Sequence record: DRR723986_840
Reading direction: 5' to 3' (one strand)
Length of the DNA: 32,850 bases
The position numbers and the translations under genes were made by a program. The notes under the pieces were generated by a model. The model did no database searches. It saw only the letters and a program-made list of their open reading frames with translations, and had not been told where the DNA came from. Shown piece by piece: positions 1-8,437 of the stretch (positions within the stretch are counted from its first letter, which is position 1; each line of letters starts with the position of its first letter).

Positions 1-168
1 AGGCGCAGAAACGCTACATTCGAACCGGAAGCGCTCTGATGAGTCTGTGAAGCGGGCGAGTTCCCCTGCTTTGAGATCTCCTAGGTTGGAAGCCAGGGGT
101 GAATTGCGATTCACAAGGCTGCGTCCTCCGGTTGAACGCGAAAAGTAGCAGTCAGGCTCCCTGTTGCA

Positions 169-2544
169 TCATTGATTGATGCCAAACGGATCGTCACCAA
201 AGCCTTCTGTTTGGCTCGTTTCGTCGACCGGGGATGGTGGAGTTGCATCGTCGATTGACAGCGATTGATCTTTGCCTTGCTCTCGAATTGCATTGCGTTG
301 GATCCAGAGCTCTTTGTAAGAACCGTCCAGCATTCGATCCTCATTTTCAGGCCCGGTTTCAACAACGATCGCACTCTCGCTGAGCACCTTTCGCTGCTTT
401 ACGTTGATGCCATAGCACCGAGTTTGACAGAGTCCACAACCGACACACTTCTCATCGATGACGACGGGAGCCAAAAACCCGGTACCCTCGATCGGCATCC
501 CCGACTCATCGGTCTGCGTGCCAACCTGCTGATACTCAATTGCATCGTAACCGGCCGCTTGGCATTCAACCACGCACAAATCGCAGTCTTCTTTTCCGGC
601 CAAGGGTAAACAAGTGGATTCATTGACGACAACCAGTCCCATTCTGGCATGGCGTTTCTCGTCGAGCGGCAATGCACGTATCGCACCGGTCGGGCAAACC
701 TGACCACACGCGTTGCAACTTGATTCGCAGCCCGCCCAGTCAGGGGCTGCATAGGGAGTCCAAAGACCTTCCAGTCCTTGCTGAAACCCTTGCACCTGTA
801 GGACGTTGTTCGGGCAAACCTTGAAGCACTCGCCGCAGCGAATGCACATCTCCAAGAACTCTTGCTCAGGGACGCTTCCAGGTGGTCGAATCGGATAGAC
901 TGCTGCATCGGAGCCAACCTGCGCCCCGAGTGCTTTCGTCGCAGTCGCTACCGCCGCACCGCCTACTATTGCAGCTCCGCTGCCAGCCGCGAGTGAGAGG
1001 AAGCCGCGGCGTCCCAATGCCGTTTCGTTGGTCGGGGGTTGATCTAAGACTTTCAATAGGACAACGTTGTTGCGTTCAACAAACTTGATTGCATGCGTTG
1101 GGCAGACGCCTGCGCAGGTTTGGCACAACGTACAGTCGGTCTCTCTAGTCGTGAAATCTGGTTTGATTGCGTCGAAGGGACAAACCTCAACACACTTGTT
1201 GCAATGTATGCACGAGGATTCAACTTTGCGTTCGGTAGCTCTGAAGACATTGAAAACAGAAAAGACTGCCCCGCTGGGGCACACGTACTTGCACCAAAAC
1301 CTTGGCCGGAAGAAACCAAGGCCGAGCACGGCGAAAAACAATAGCAGAGACACTGTGTTGCCGACGTCCGGCGGGGGGATGAGATGCCAGCCGCGAAGCA
1401 GTCCCGTCTGAACTGGATCTATCAACATGTAGCAAGCGCGAGTGATCACTGGAATGGCTGAGAAGATGCCCGACACGAGAACGCCGAAGACTGAACAGAT
1501 CAGAATTCCGGCCAGCAAGTAGTACTTGACGTGAACCCACCATCCCTCACCCGGCACACGAAATCGGTGAACCCGTTTTCCAATGGCCCAGTCGAACAGA
1601 TCAATTGTTGTGCCGAGTGGGCAGATGTATCCGCAGAATCCCCGTGGCACAAAAACGCATACGAGTAACAAGATAGCCGCGGATGCCAGCGACCAAACCC
1701 AGCTTCGCGACGCGATTGCGGTCGAGATGCTCACCAACGGGTCAATTGCCAAGAAGAATTCGGCCGGCGTGATTTCTTTGGAAGCAAGGTTTGCCGTGTA
1801 GTGATCCGGCCAAGCGTTTGGGGATCGCTCGGAGATTTCCCATCGTGTTTCTGGGTTCGTGAGAAGCTGCGTGATCAGCAGTTCAGCACTCGCTTCCGAG
1901 CTGCTTTCCGAATCCAGCGGAATCAGCGAGACCGTGTTGCTATTCGTCTCAGCAATACGGACTGGGTAAGTCCGCCGGTCGATCTCACCGACCGATTTTG
2001 GTTCAGTCAGCCATACATTCTCGCCGGAATCCTTTTCGAGTTCTTGCGGCTTGTCATCTACTGCATCACGCTTGAGCACTACTGTGCCGCTATCCTGCTG
2101 AAGTTCAGCCAGGGTCCAGTCTGAAACGGTCCAACCTTCATCGGGGCGGGCGTCGTAGGGCCAACAGGTGTAGCAGAAGAGCAAGATGAAAACGCACAAA
2201 CAAAATGCTTGGCACAACCGTCGGACGGGCGTCGACAACCAAGTGATTCCGAGCCGCCGAAGCATTCTCCGCACCAAGCCACGTGACTTGGTTCTGCGGT
2301 CGGAAAACCAAGATGCTGGGAGCACAGAGCGCGCGATTCTGTAAAAAAGCCCATCGGTATCGAAGCGGCCCGTCTTTGCCTTTCGTAGTGCAGGTAGATA
2401 CCAATCAAGCCGGAGGGTGGCCGCAGAACGATGACTGGTAAGTCGTGTGACGATCCAGGCGACAACGACGACAAGCAGAATGAACGCGACCGAGAATACG
2501 CTAAGTTGCGACCAGTTATTTTGTAAGTTAATCGCGACCCCCAA
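169..2544 (-). CDS. Membrane polyferredoxin, NapH/MauN-like domain fused to a NapG/MauM-like 4Fe-4S domain (791 aa)
   Basis: Several TM helices. Two CxxxCP motifs (FCGYICPLG, FWCKYVCPSG) typical of the NapH family. Ferredoxin motifs CIHCNKCVEVCP and CTLCQTCAGVCP, then a NapG-like block IRPPG...CIRCGECFKVCP, CESSCNACGQVCPTGAI, CDLCVVEC, CVGCGLCQTRC. An in-frame TAG lies six codons upstream, so the start is TTG 2544 or later. Confidence 0.85.
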   Translation of the reverse strand: MGVAINLQNNWSQLSVFSVAFILLVVVVAWIVTRLTSHRSAATLRLDWYLPALRKAKTGRFDTDGLFYRIARSVLPASWFSDRRTKSRGLVRRMLRRLGITWLSTPVRRLCQAFCLCVFILLFCYTCWPYDARPDEGWTVSDWTLAELQQDSGTVVLKRDAVDDKPQELEKDSGENVWLTEPKSVGEIDRRTYPVRIAETNSNTVSLIPLDSESSSEASAELLITQLLTNPETRWEISERSPNAWPDHYTANLASKEITPAEFFLAIDPLVSISTAIASRSWVWSLASAAILLLVCVFVPRGFCGYICPLGTTIDLFDWAIGKRVHRFRVPGEGWWVHVKYYLLAGILICSVFGVLVSGIFSAIPVITRACYMLIDPVQTGLLRGWHLIPPPDVGNTVSLLLFFAVLGLGFFRPRFWCKYVCPSGAVFSVFNVFRATERKVESSCIHCNKCVEVCPFDAIKPDFTTRETDCTLCQTCAGVCPTHAIKFVERNNVVLLKVLDQPPTNETALGRRGFLSLAAGSGAAIVGGAAVATATKALGAQVGSDAAVYPIRPPGSVPEQEFLEMCIRCGECFKVCPNNVLQVQGFQQGLEGLWTPYAAPDWAGCESSCNACGQVCPTGAIRALPLDEKRHARMGLVVVNESTCLPLAGKEDCDLCVVECQAAGYDAIEYQQVGTQTDESGMPIEGTGFLAPVVIDEKCVGCGLCQTRCYGINVKQRKVLSESAIVVETGPENEDRMLDGSYKELWIQRNAIREQGKDQSLSIDDATPPSPVDETSQTEGFGDDPFGINQ

Positions 2545-2619
2545 TCGAGACGGATGGTCCTAACAAGCAGGCCCACTTGAGCCACCAGCAACTGGGCCAA
2601 TCCCAGTGCCTCTAGCACG

Positions 2620-3885
2620 TCATCGCGCACCTTTCGACAGTGCTTTCGCACTCGCATTGACAATTGCCGCGCTGGTAATAGTCGCTCCGCTAAATCCGTC
2701 GATATCTTGCACAGACTGTTTCCGCAGTATTTGCTTCGGCGTATCTTCGAGAGCTGAATAAAACTGCTTCTCGCGGTGCTTGATTACTCGGACGTCGGTG
2801 ATTTTCTCGCCAGAGACCGTTACGGATACCTGCACCGGTCCGTTGTAGCCGGCACCTGCACCGGTGTAAGTCCCATCGGCAACGCGACTAACATCGGCCT
2901 TTTCAGCGATATTGATGGAATCAATGCTGTCCTGGGCTCGATTGCAGAAACGTTCGCGATATTGCTTGTTCCGTGCCTTGTCGGACGCGAGCACTGCCTC
3001 GTAGCGTTTGATGGCTTCTCGAGTCTTGCCTGCATTGCGAAGAGCATCACCGGCCAGCAGTAGTGCATTCGGTTCAGCTTGCGTTCCGAGAAAATTGTCA
3101 GCCAACTTCAACGCGGCGGGCAAATCGTCGAGCTCGGCAAGGAGTTTGATTGCTTCTTGTGGAAGTCGATTGCCGGACACCAATTCTGATGCCATCTCTG
3201 GATTGCCAAGCCGCAGGTAGCACTCGGCCAACATCACATTTTCACGAGTCCCGATTGATGCACCAGACTGTTCGAACCAATAGGCTGCTCGTGGAAAGTC
3301 CTGTAGCAATTGAAAGTACATTCGACCAAGCGCTTTCTGGTCCCTCGAAAGCAATTCTGGAGACTGGCGATGGGATTCTACGACGACATGAACCAGCTTC
3401 ACGCCTGCTCGCCATTTGGCTGGATTGGGATTGATGATGTCCCAGATGTACTGACCAATATTCAACCTGTTGTTCCAGCCTTTCGAAACAGGCTTCAGTG
3501 GCCAGGACATATCGAGCGACTCTGGCAAATTCAGCGGTGTCGACTCGTACCAATCCGGCAAACTGGCCCCTTCGCTGTCGATCAGTTCACGGATCTCCTG
3601 CTTGGTGCGAACTGGTTTGTCACCGAAAGTCTTTCGCTTCTCGGTCAGGACGTGCCGCTTCCCATCAAGCGTGACAGCATGCACTTTGCTAAACGCGTAC
3701 GTCTTTGAAATGACGCGTTTGCCTACAGTGGACTCGAAATCAAATTCCTTTTCGGACGTTCTGATCGCGGTGACTTTCCCATCCAACTTGACCCCGGTCA
3801 GGAACTCGACCGAATCCTGCGCATTGGCGATGGTTGCCAGTAAAATGATTAACGGCAACGAACCGAACGACGCGTACTTGGTCAT
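2620..3885 (-). CDS. Exported TPR-like protein with a C-terminal FMN-binding (flavinylation) domain
   Basis: ATG 3885 follows GGGGAAG and begins a signal-peptide-like stretch (MTKYASFGSLPLIILLATIANA). The helical middle looks TPR-like (LGRMYF...AAYWFE, AGDALRNAGKTREAIKRYEAVL). The C-terminus DGTYTGAGAGYNGPVQVSVTV...IDGFSGATITS matches the FMN_bind domain with its SGAT motif. The ORF track start at 3921 is an alternative. Confidence 0.85.
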   Translation of the reverse strand: MTKYASFGSLPLIILLATIANAQDSVEFLTGVKLDGKVTAIRTSEKEFDFESTVGKRVISKTYAFSKVHAVTLDGKRHVLTEKRKTFGDKPVRTKQEIRELIDSEGASLPDWYESTPLNLPESLDMSWPLKPVSKGWNNRLNIGQYIWDIINPNPAKWRAGVKLVHVVVESHRQSPELLSRDQKALGRMYFQLLQDFPRAAYWFEQSGASIGTRENVMLAECYLRLGNPEMASELVSGNRLPQEAIKLLAELDDLPAALKLADNFLGTQAEPNALLLAGDALRNAGKTREAIKRYEAVLASDKARNKQYRERFCNRAQDSIDSINIAEKADVSRVADGTYTGAGAGYNGPVQVSVTVSGEKITDVRVIKHREKQFYSALEDTPKQILRKQSVQDIDGFSGATITSAAIVNASAKALSKGAR

Positions 3886-4079
3886 ATGTATCTTCCCCGA
3901 AAACCGCTTGATGTTCATCACCGCATTCAGGATATCAGACGCTCCACCTCTTCGCAGCAGAACCGTCGCGACAAGTCGGTTAGATTGTGGGCAGGTATCT
4001 TCGAATGATGGGGGTTTTCGGGTATCGTGCCAGAGTTAGGAATTGTGAGGAAAGCGGAGCAGAGGGCGAGGATACAGAT

Positions 4080-4475
4080 TTGGCTACACTCCAACGACCA
4101 GACTTTGAAAAGGGAGGCGGACTACTGCCCGCGATTGCACAGGACCACAAAACTGGTCGCGTGTTGATGTTGGCTTGGATGAATGCGGAAGCGTTCGAAG
4201 AGACGCTCTCAAGTGGTAAAGCCGTCTACTTTTCGCGCAGCAGAAACAGCCTTTGGCGAAAGGGCGAAACGAGCGGGCACCAGCAGACGGTTCATGAAAT
4301 TCGAATCGACTGTGACGCCGACACGATCCTTTTGCAAGTTGAGCAGGTCGGCGCGGCCTGCCATGAAGGATACGAGAGCTGTTTCTTTCGAACGGTATCA
4401 GCCGATGGCACTGAGGTCGTCGAGCAACGTTTGAAGGATCCTTCGGAAATCTATGGCCGGGATTCTTCGCAATGA
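4080..4475 (+). CDS. hisI: Phosphoribosyl-AMP cyclohydrolase (stand-alone)
   Basis: Motifs [39 protein letters not shown] and [10 protein letters not shown]. Start moved to TTG 4080, which has GAGG 8 nt upstream. The ORF track starts at 3987. Confidence 0.93.
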   Translation: MATLQRPDFEKGGGLLPAIAQDHKTGRVLMLAWMNAEAFEETLSSGKAVYFSRSRNSLWRKGETSGHQQTVHEIRIDCDADTILLQVEQVGAACHEGYESCFFRTVSADGTEVVEQRLKDPSEIYGRDSSQ

Positions 4476-5410
4476 ACCAGTCCCGCCGTTTACAGGGAAT
4501 CATACCGCCGCTGGTAACACCATTATCCGGTGACGACAGCCTTGACAGTTCGGGCTTGAATCGCCTGATTGAGCACGTCGTTGAAGGTGGCGTTCACGGC
4601 ATTTTTTTGCTCGGCACCACGGGCGAGGCCCCGAGTTTGAGCTATCGCCTGCGCCGTGATTACTTGCGCCAGGCGATAGATCAAATTGGTGGTCGATTGC
4701 CGGTGTTAGTGGGTGTGACCGATACATCCTTCGTGGAATCCATGGCGTTAGCGAATGTCGCGGCCGATTGCGGCGCAGACTACGTGGTTTTATCGACGCC
4801 CTATTACTTTCCAGCCGGCCAAACTGAGCTGACGTTGTACATCCAGAAGTTTGTTGCCGAATCGCCGCTGCCGGTGATGCTCTACAACATTCCCAGTATG
4901 ACAAAAGTCTCCATCGAAATTGAGACGCTCGGGCGGTTGACCGAAAATGATAAAATCGTTGGCGTGAAAGACAGTAGTGGTGACACAGACTACTTTGAAC
5001 GTCTACTGGCTTTCAAAGCGGATCGTCCGGACTGGTCGTTCTTCATGGGCCCCGAGCACTTGACCTCCTGGGCCGTGACTGCCGGTGCTGACGGCGGAGT
5101 CAACGGAGGTGCGAATGTGTACCCGGACTTGTTTGCTCGACTCTATGACGCTGTAAACTCTGGAGCTGTTAATTCTAAAGCTGACAACACTGCAGCTCGC
5201 CTGCAGAAGATCGTTGAAGCGTTTCAAGAAATCTATTCCGTTGGCAAGTACGCGAGCCGTCACATCAAGGCGACCAAGAGTGCGTTGTCGATCAAAGGGA
5301 TTTGCTCCGACGCGCTTGCACAACCTTTCAATCACTTTCTCGCACCGGAGAGGCAACGGGTTGCGGAAGTGCTTAAAGAAATCGACGCCCAATTGGATGA
5401 CCTATCGTAG
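4472..5410 (+). CDS. Dihydrodipicolinate synthase/N-acetylneuraminate lyase family class I aldolase
   Basis: Motifs [24 protein letters not shown] and the Schiff-base Lys in GVKDSSG. ATGA overlap with hisI. It lacks the Arg of the canonical DapA YNxPxRT motif, so I do not call it dapA. Confidence 0.9.
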   Translation: MNQSRRLQGIIPPLVTPLSGDDSLDSSGLNRLIEHVVEGGVHGIFLLGTTGEAPSLSYRLRRDYLRQAIDQIGGRLPVLVGVTDTSFVESMALANVAADCGADYVVLSTPYYFPAGQTELTLYIQKFVAESPLPVMLYNIPSMTKVSIEIETLGRLTENDKIVGVKDSSGDTDYFERLLAFKADRPDWSFFMGPEHLTSWAVTAGADGGVNGGANVYPDLFARLYDAVNSGAVNSKADNTAARLQKIVEAFQEIYSVGKYASRHIKATKSALSIKGICSDALAQPFNHFLAPERQRVAEVLKEIDAQLDDLS

Positions 5411-5453
5411 CCCGCGCAGACTTCATTCATTCAAACCGCACTGGTAATCAATC

Positions 5454-6044
5454 ATGCCTGACAATCCCTATCAACCCCTCGACGGCACTCATACCGCCAG
5501 CGACGCCCCTCTGCGAACACGGCCTACCACCGCAACGGTTTTTGGGATCCTGAATTTAGTCTTTGGAGCCTTTGGCATATGTGGCTCCATCGCAGGCGTG
5601 CTTGGGATGGTGATTTTCGAAATGCCTTTCATGGATGAAGTGATCGTTGAAGCTGATGAACTTCAGATCTTCCGCGATGTCAGCTACCGCACGTACATGG
5701 CGATAGCGATGACGATCGGGACGGGACTGACGATCATCTTAATTGCCTCCGGCGTAGGACTTCTAAAGTTTCGACCATGGGGACGAGTGGCCGCAAACTA
5801 CTACGCGGTCCCACAGATCATCTTCGTTCTAGGCAACGCGGCATACCAGATCATCTGGATCACAGCCCCCGATCTTGGTGCTGGTGGCGAAGCCGGGATG
5901 CAAGCGACCTTTGGACTTATCAGCCAAATTTTCGGCGCTGTTTTCAATCTGTTGTACCCGATCCTCTTGCTAGCCTTCATGAATCGCAAGAAATTTGTCG
6001 ATGCAATTCAATCAGGCCTCGTAACGGACCAGTACGCGCAGTAG
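5454..6044 (+). CDS. Hypothetical membrane protein (about 4 TM helices)
   Basis: Four hydrophobic segments. N-terminal NPYQP motif of the kind common in planctomycete membrane proteins. It lies 43 nt downstream of the aldolase on the same strand. Confidence 0.75.
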   Translation: MPDNPYQPLDGTHTASDAPLRTRPTTATVFGILNLVFGAFGICGSIAGVLGMVIFEMPFMDEVIVEADELQIFRDVSYRTYMAIAMTIGTGLTIILIASGVGLLKFRPWGRVAANYYAVPQIIFVLGNAAYQIIWITAPDLGAGGEAGMQATFGLISQIFGAVFNLLYPILLLAFMNRKKFVDAIQSGLVTDQYAQ

Positions 6045-6080
6045 CGGATTCAAGGCGAGTTCCGTTCCAGCATACTGAGC

Positions 6081-7568
6081 TCAATAGTCGACAACGGCTT
6101 GCGGGACTTTCCGAGTGTTTGCAAACTTAATCTGCTGGAGTCCTTCTGGCGATTTTCTTGCTTCAGAGATTCGCTGCTCCAGCAGTTGACGCAACTCCCG
6201 CTCGACGTCAGCAAGCTCAGCTTGCCCCGAGAGATTATGCATCTCTGCGGCATCGTTTTGGTGGTCATACAATTCTGTGCCATCCTTGCCCGCTTCTCCC
6301 CAGGACGTATATCGATAACGGTCTGTTCGAAGGCTGTAGCCGCTGTTGTACTGAGTCAACACGCTGCTTCGGGGATGATTACTCGGCACACGAAGCGTCT
6401 CAGCCAGGCTGATTCCCTGGACGTACTCGGGCGGCGTCAAATTCGATAGATCGGCTAGCGTTCGATAGAAGTCGACCATTTCGACCAATGCAGAACTCCG
6501 CGCACCATGAGCGGTGACTCCGGGGCCAGCGATGATTAAGGGCACGCGTGCCGCGTTTTCGAAAAGTGTCGTCTTCTGAAAGTGTCCGTGTTCCCCCATG
6601 TGGTATCCATGGTCCGAGGTGAAGACAACGATCGTGTTGTCCTGCAATCCGTTTGCCTCAAGCGCGTCGAGAACTTTTCCAATCTGTGCATCGGCAAAAG
6701 TGATCGAGGCATAGTAAGCTTGCATGGCCTGCCGCTTGAGTTCGTCAGCCATGTCACGCTGCACTTTACGGGTAACACTGATCCGCGCCGGTTTGGGAAT
6801 AGTCTCCAAGTAGCCCTCTGGCACGCTAGGGATGCGTATCTGATCGGTGGGATACATGTCAAAGTACTTCTTCGGTGCAACATATGGCGTGTGGGGACGG
6901 TAGAGGCCCACGGCCAGGAAGAACGGTGTTTGGTTCTTCGCAAATCGCTCCAGTTGCTTCACCGCTATGTCGGCCGCGATACCATCGGTTTGTTCTTCGT
7001 CACTCCCGTCGGCCGCAAGCCAGCTTAACGTTCCTCCAAACGAGTTGGGAATCAGGCTGAATATCTTCGCTTTGTCGTCAACGTCTCGTCCCTCAGGGTT
7101 GAACGTATTGCTCCATGAATAAGGGTCGTCGTGACCAGCGGTTCCAATATGCTTTGGAACGTTGTAGTGATAGATCTTTCCAATTCGCGTCGCTTTGTAC
7201 CCGGCATCCCGATACATCTGCGGCAGTGTATTCACTTTAGGCAAGTGCTCGCGAACATAGATCGCATTGCGACGAATAAGAGTCTGATCGGGATACAGGC
7301 CCGTCATGAAAGACGCTCGACTGGGACCGCAAAGGGAGTACTGACAGTAGGCGCGATCAAACTGCACGCCCCTTTTGGCTAACGCGTCCAAGTTTGGAGA
7401 TTTCACGGCATAGTGGTCGTAACTTGCCAAGTCGCAATTTAAATCGTCGCAAATGATGAACAGAACGTTAGGCTGCTGCTTGTCGTCATTTCCCATTGCC
7501 CGCGTCGTGAGGCTGATCAAGCCTAGCGCAAGTGTTACGGCCGCGATCGTTTGTCTGTATTTCAACAT
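6081..7568 (-). CDS. Exported formylglycine-dependent (Cys-type) sulfatase, iduronate-2-/choline-sulfatase-like
   Basis: Signal-peptide-like N-terminus, then PNVLFIICDDL, the CxPxR motif in LCGPSRASFMTG, GKIYH, RPHTPY, FTSDHGYHMGEH and RVPLII. Start placed at ATG 7568; the track start at 7577 is an alternative. Confidence 0.92.
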   Translation of the reverse strand: MLKYRQTIAAVTLALGLISLTTRAMGNDDKQQPNVLFIICDDLNCDLASYDHYAVKSPNLDALAKRGVQFDRAYCQYSLCGPSRASFMTGLYPDQTLIRRNAIYVREHLPKVNTLPQMYRDAGYKATRIGKIYHYNVPKHIGTAGHDDPYSWSNTFNPEGRDVDDKAKIFSLIPNSFGGTLSWLAADGSDEEQTDGIAADIAVKQLERFAKNQTPFFLAVGLYRPHTPYVAPKKYFDMYPTDQIRIPSVPEGYLETIPKPARISVTRKVQRDMADELKRQAMQAYYASITFADAQIGKVLDALEANGLQDNTIVVFTSDHGYHMGEHGHFQKTTLFENAARVPLIIAGPGVTAHGARSSALVEMVDFYRTLADLSNLTPPEYVQGISLAETLRVPSNHPRSSVLTQYNSGYSLRTDRYRYTSWGEAGKDGTELYDHQNDAAEMHNLSGQAELADVERELRQLLEQRISEARKSPEGLQQIKFANTRKVPQAVVDY

Positions 7569-7772
7569 GAAAATCACTCAATAATTCAGATGCATCGAAT
7601 GTCCGATACGGCATACCCGGGCGCACGAGTAGGCTGAGTCGGTCGGTTTGGCGGCTCCACCAGTCAGTCACCGGCTGTGAGCGTAGACTATCATAGCGCC
7701 GGAGCCCCGTGGTCGGGGGCCTCACCCGCAAAAACCGAGGAAGAAGTTACTAGCTTTATCGAAGGGAAGGCC

Positions 7773-8270
7773 GTGCAGCGACTTGGACGATGGACCGAAA
7801 AGGCGATGGTCATGGAAGAAGCGACTTGGCAGCGGCATGCGAATCCGTGGAGTGGCTGGACAAGAGTTGCGACAATGCCATTGCTGACTCTCGCCATCTG
7901 GTCACGAACCTGGATTGGAGCCTGGGCATTGATTCCTGTGGCCGTATTGCTGATATGGATCTGGGTTAATCCACGACTCTTCCCGGCACCTCGCTCAACG
8001 GACAACTGGATGTCCCGGGGAGTGCTGGGAGAACGCATTTGGCTCGCAGATCGTGATGGACAAATCGCGAGGCACCACCATCTTGTCATTCGACTGACCA
8101 CACTGATCGCCTCAACAGGAGCCGTCCTTTGGGTGTTGGGGCTGATCTGGCTAAACCTGACCGCCACCGCGACGGGACTTTGCATGTCCGTACTTGGAAA
8201 GCTGTGGTTTATCGATCGAATGGTTTGGATCCAGCGAGAACTCGAGGGGCCGGATCGGAGAGAATCTTGA
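7773..8270 (+). CDS. Membrane protein of unknown function, DUF6653-like
   Basis: Motifs MEEATWQRHANPWSGWTR, WVNPRLFPAP, WMSRGVLGERIW and KLWFIDRMVW resemble that family as I recall it. GTG 7773 follows a purine-rich GAAGGGAAGG. The track starts at 7677. Confidence 0.72.
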   Translation: MQRLGRWTEKAMVMEEATWQRHANPWSGWTRVATMPLLTLAIWSRTWIGAWALIPVAVLLIWIWVNPRLFPAPRSTDNWMSRGVLGERIWLADRDGQIARHHHLVIRLTTLIASTGAVLWVLGLIWLNLTATATGLCMSVLGKLWFIDRMVWIQRELEGPDRRES

Positions 8271-8437
8271 GTTTCGGCAGGGGGACACTTCGAACCTCGA
8301 ATTAGAATAGGCGTCTCGCGGTTGAAGGGCTACAAAGCGCAGTTCCGCTACCGATTCCTGTATCCATAATCCGAGCAGTCGCAAAGAAATCTTCGCTGAC
8401 TTGGGGCCAAATTCGCAAATAAGAGCCGTATTGAACG

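Noticed and set aside
3-50. Possible 3' end of a plus-strand gene (AQKRYIRTGSALMSL-stop)
   Set aside because: Only 15 codons are visible and there is no recognisable motif.
78-114. Imperfect hairpin around GGTTGGAAGCC (REP-like) and the palindrome GTGAAT-N4-ATTCAC
   Set aside because: Single copies with short stems, lying downstream of a gene end. The spacing does not fit CRP, FNR or Rex sites.
2079-2663. 194-aa alternative-frame ORF bridging the FMN and polyferredoxin genes, a possible frameshift
   Set aside because: No recognisable motifs, and both flanking genes look complete.
4472-5410. Calling this gene dapA
   Set aside because: It lacks the substrate-binding Arg of the YNxPxRT motif.
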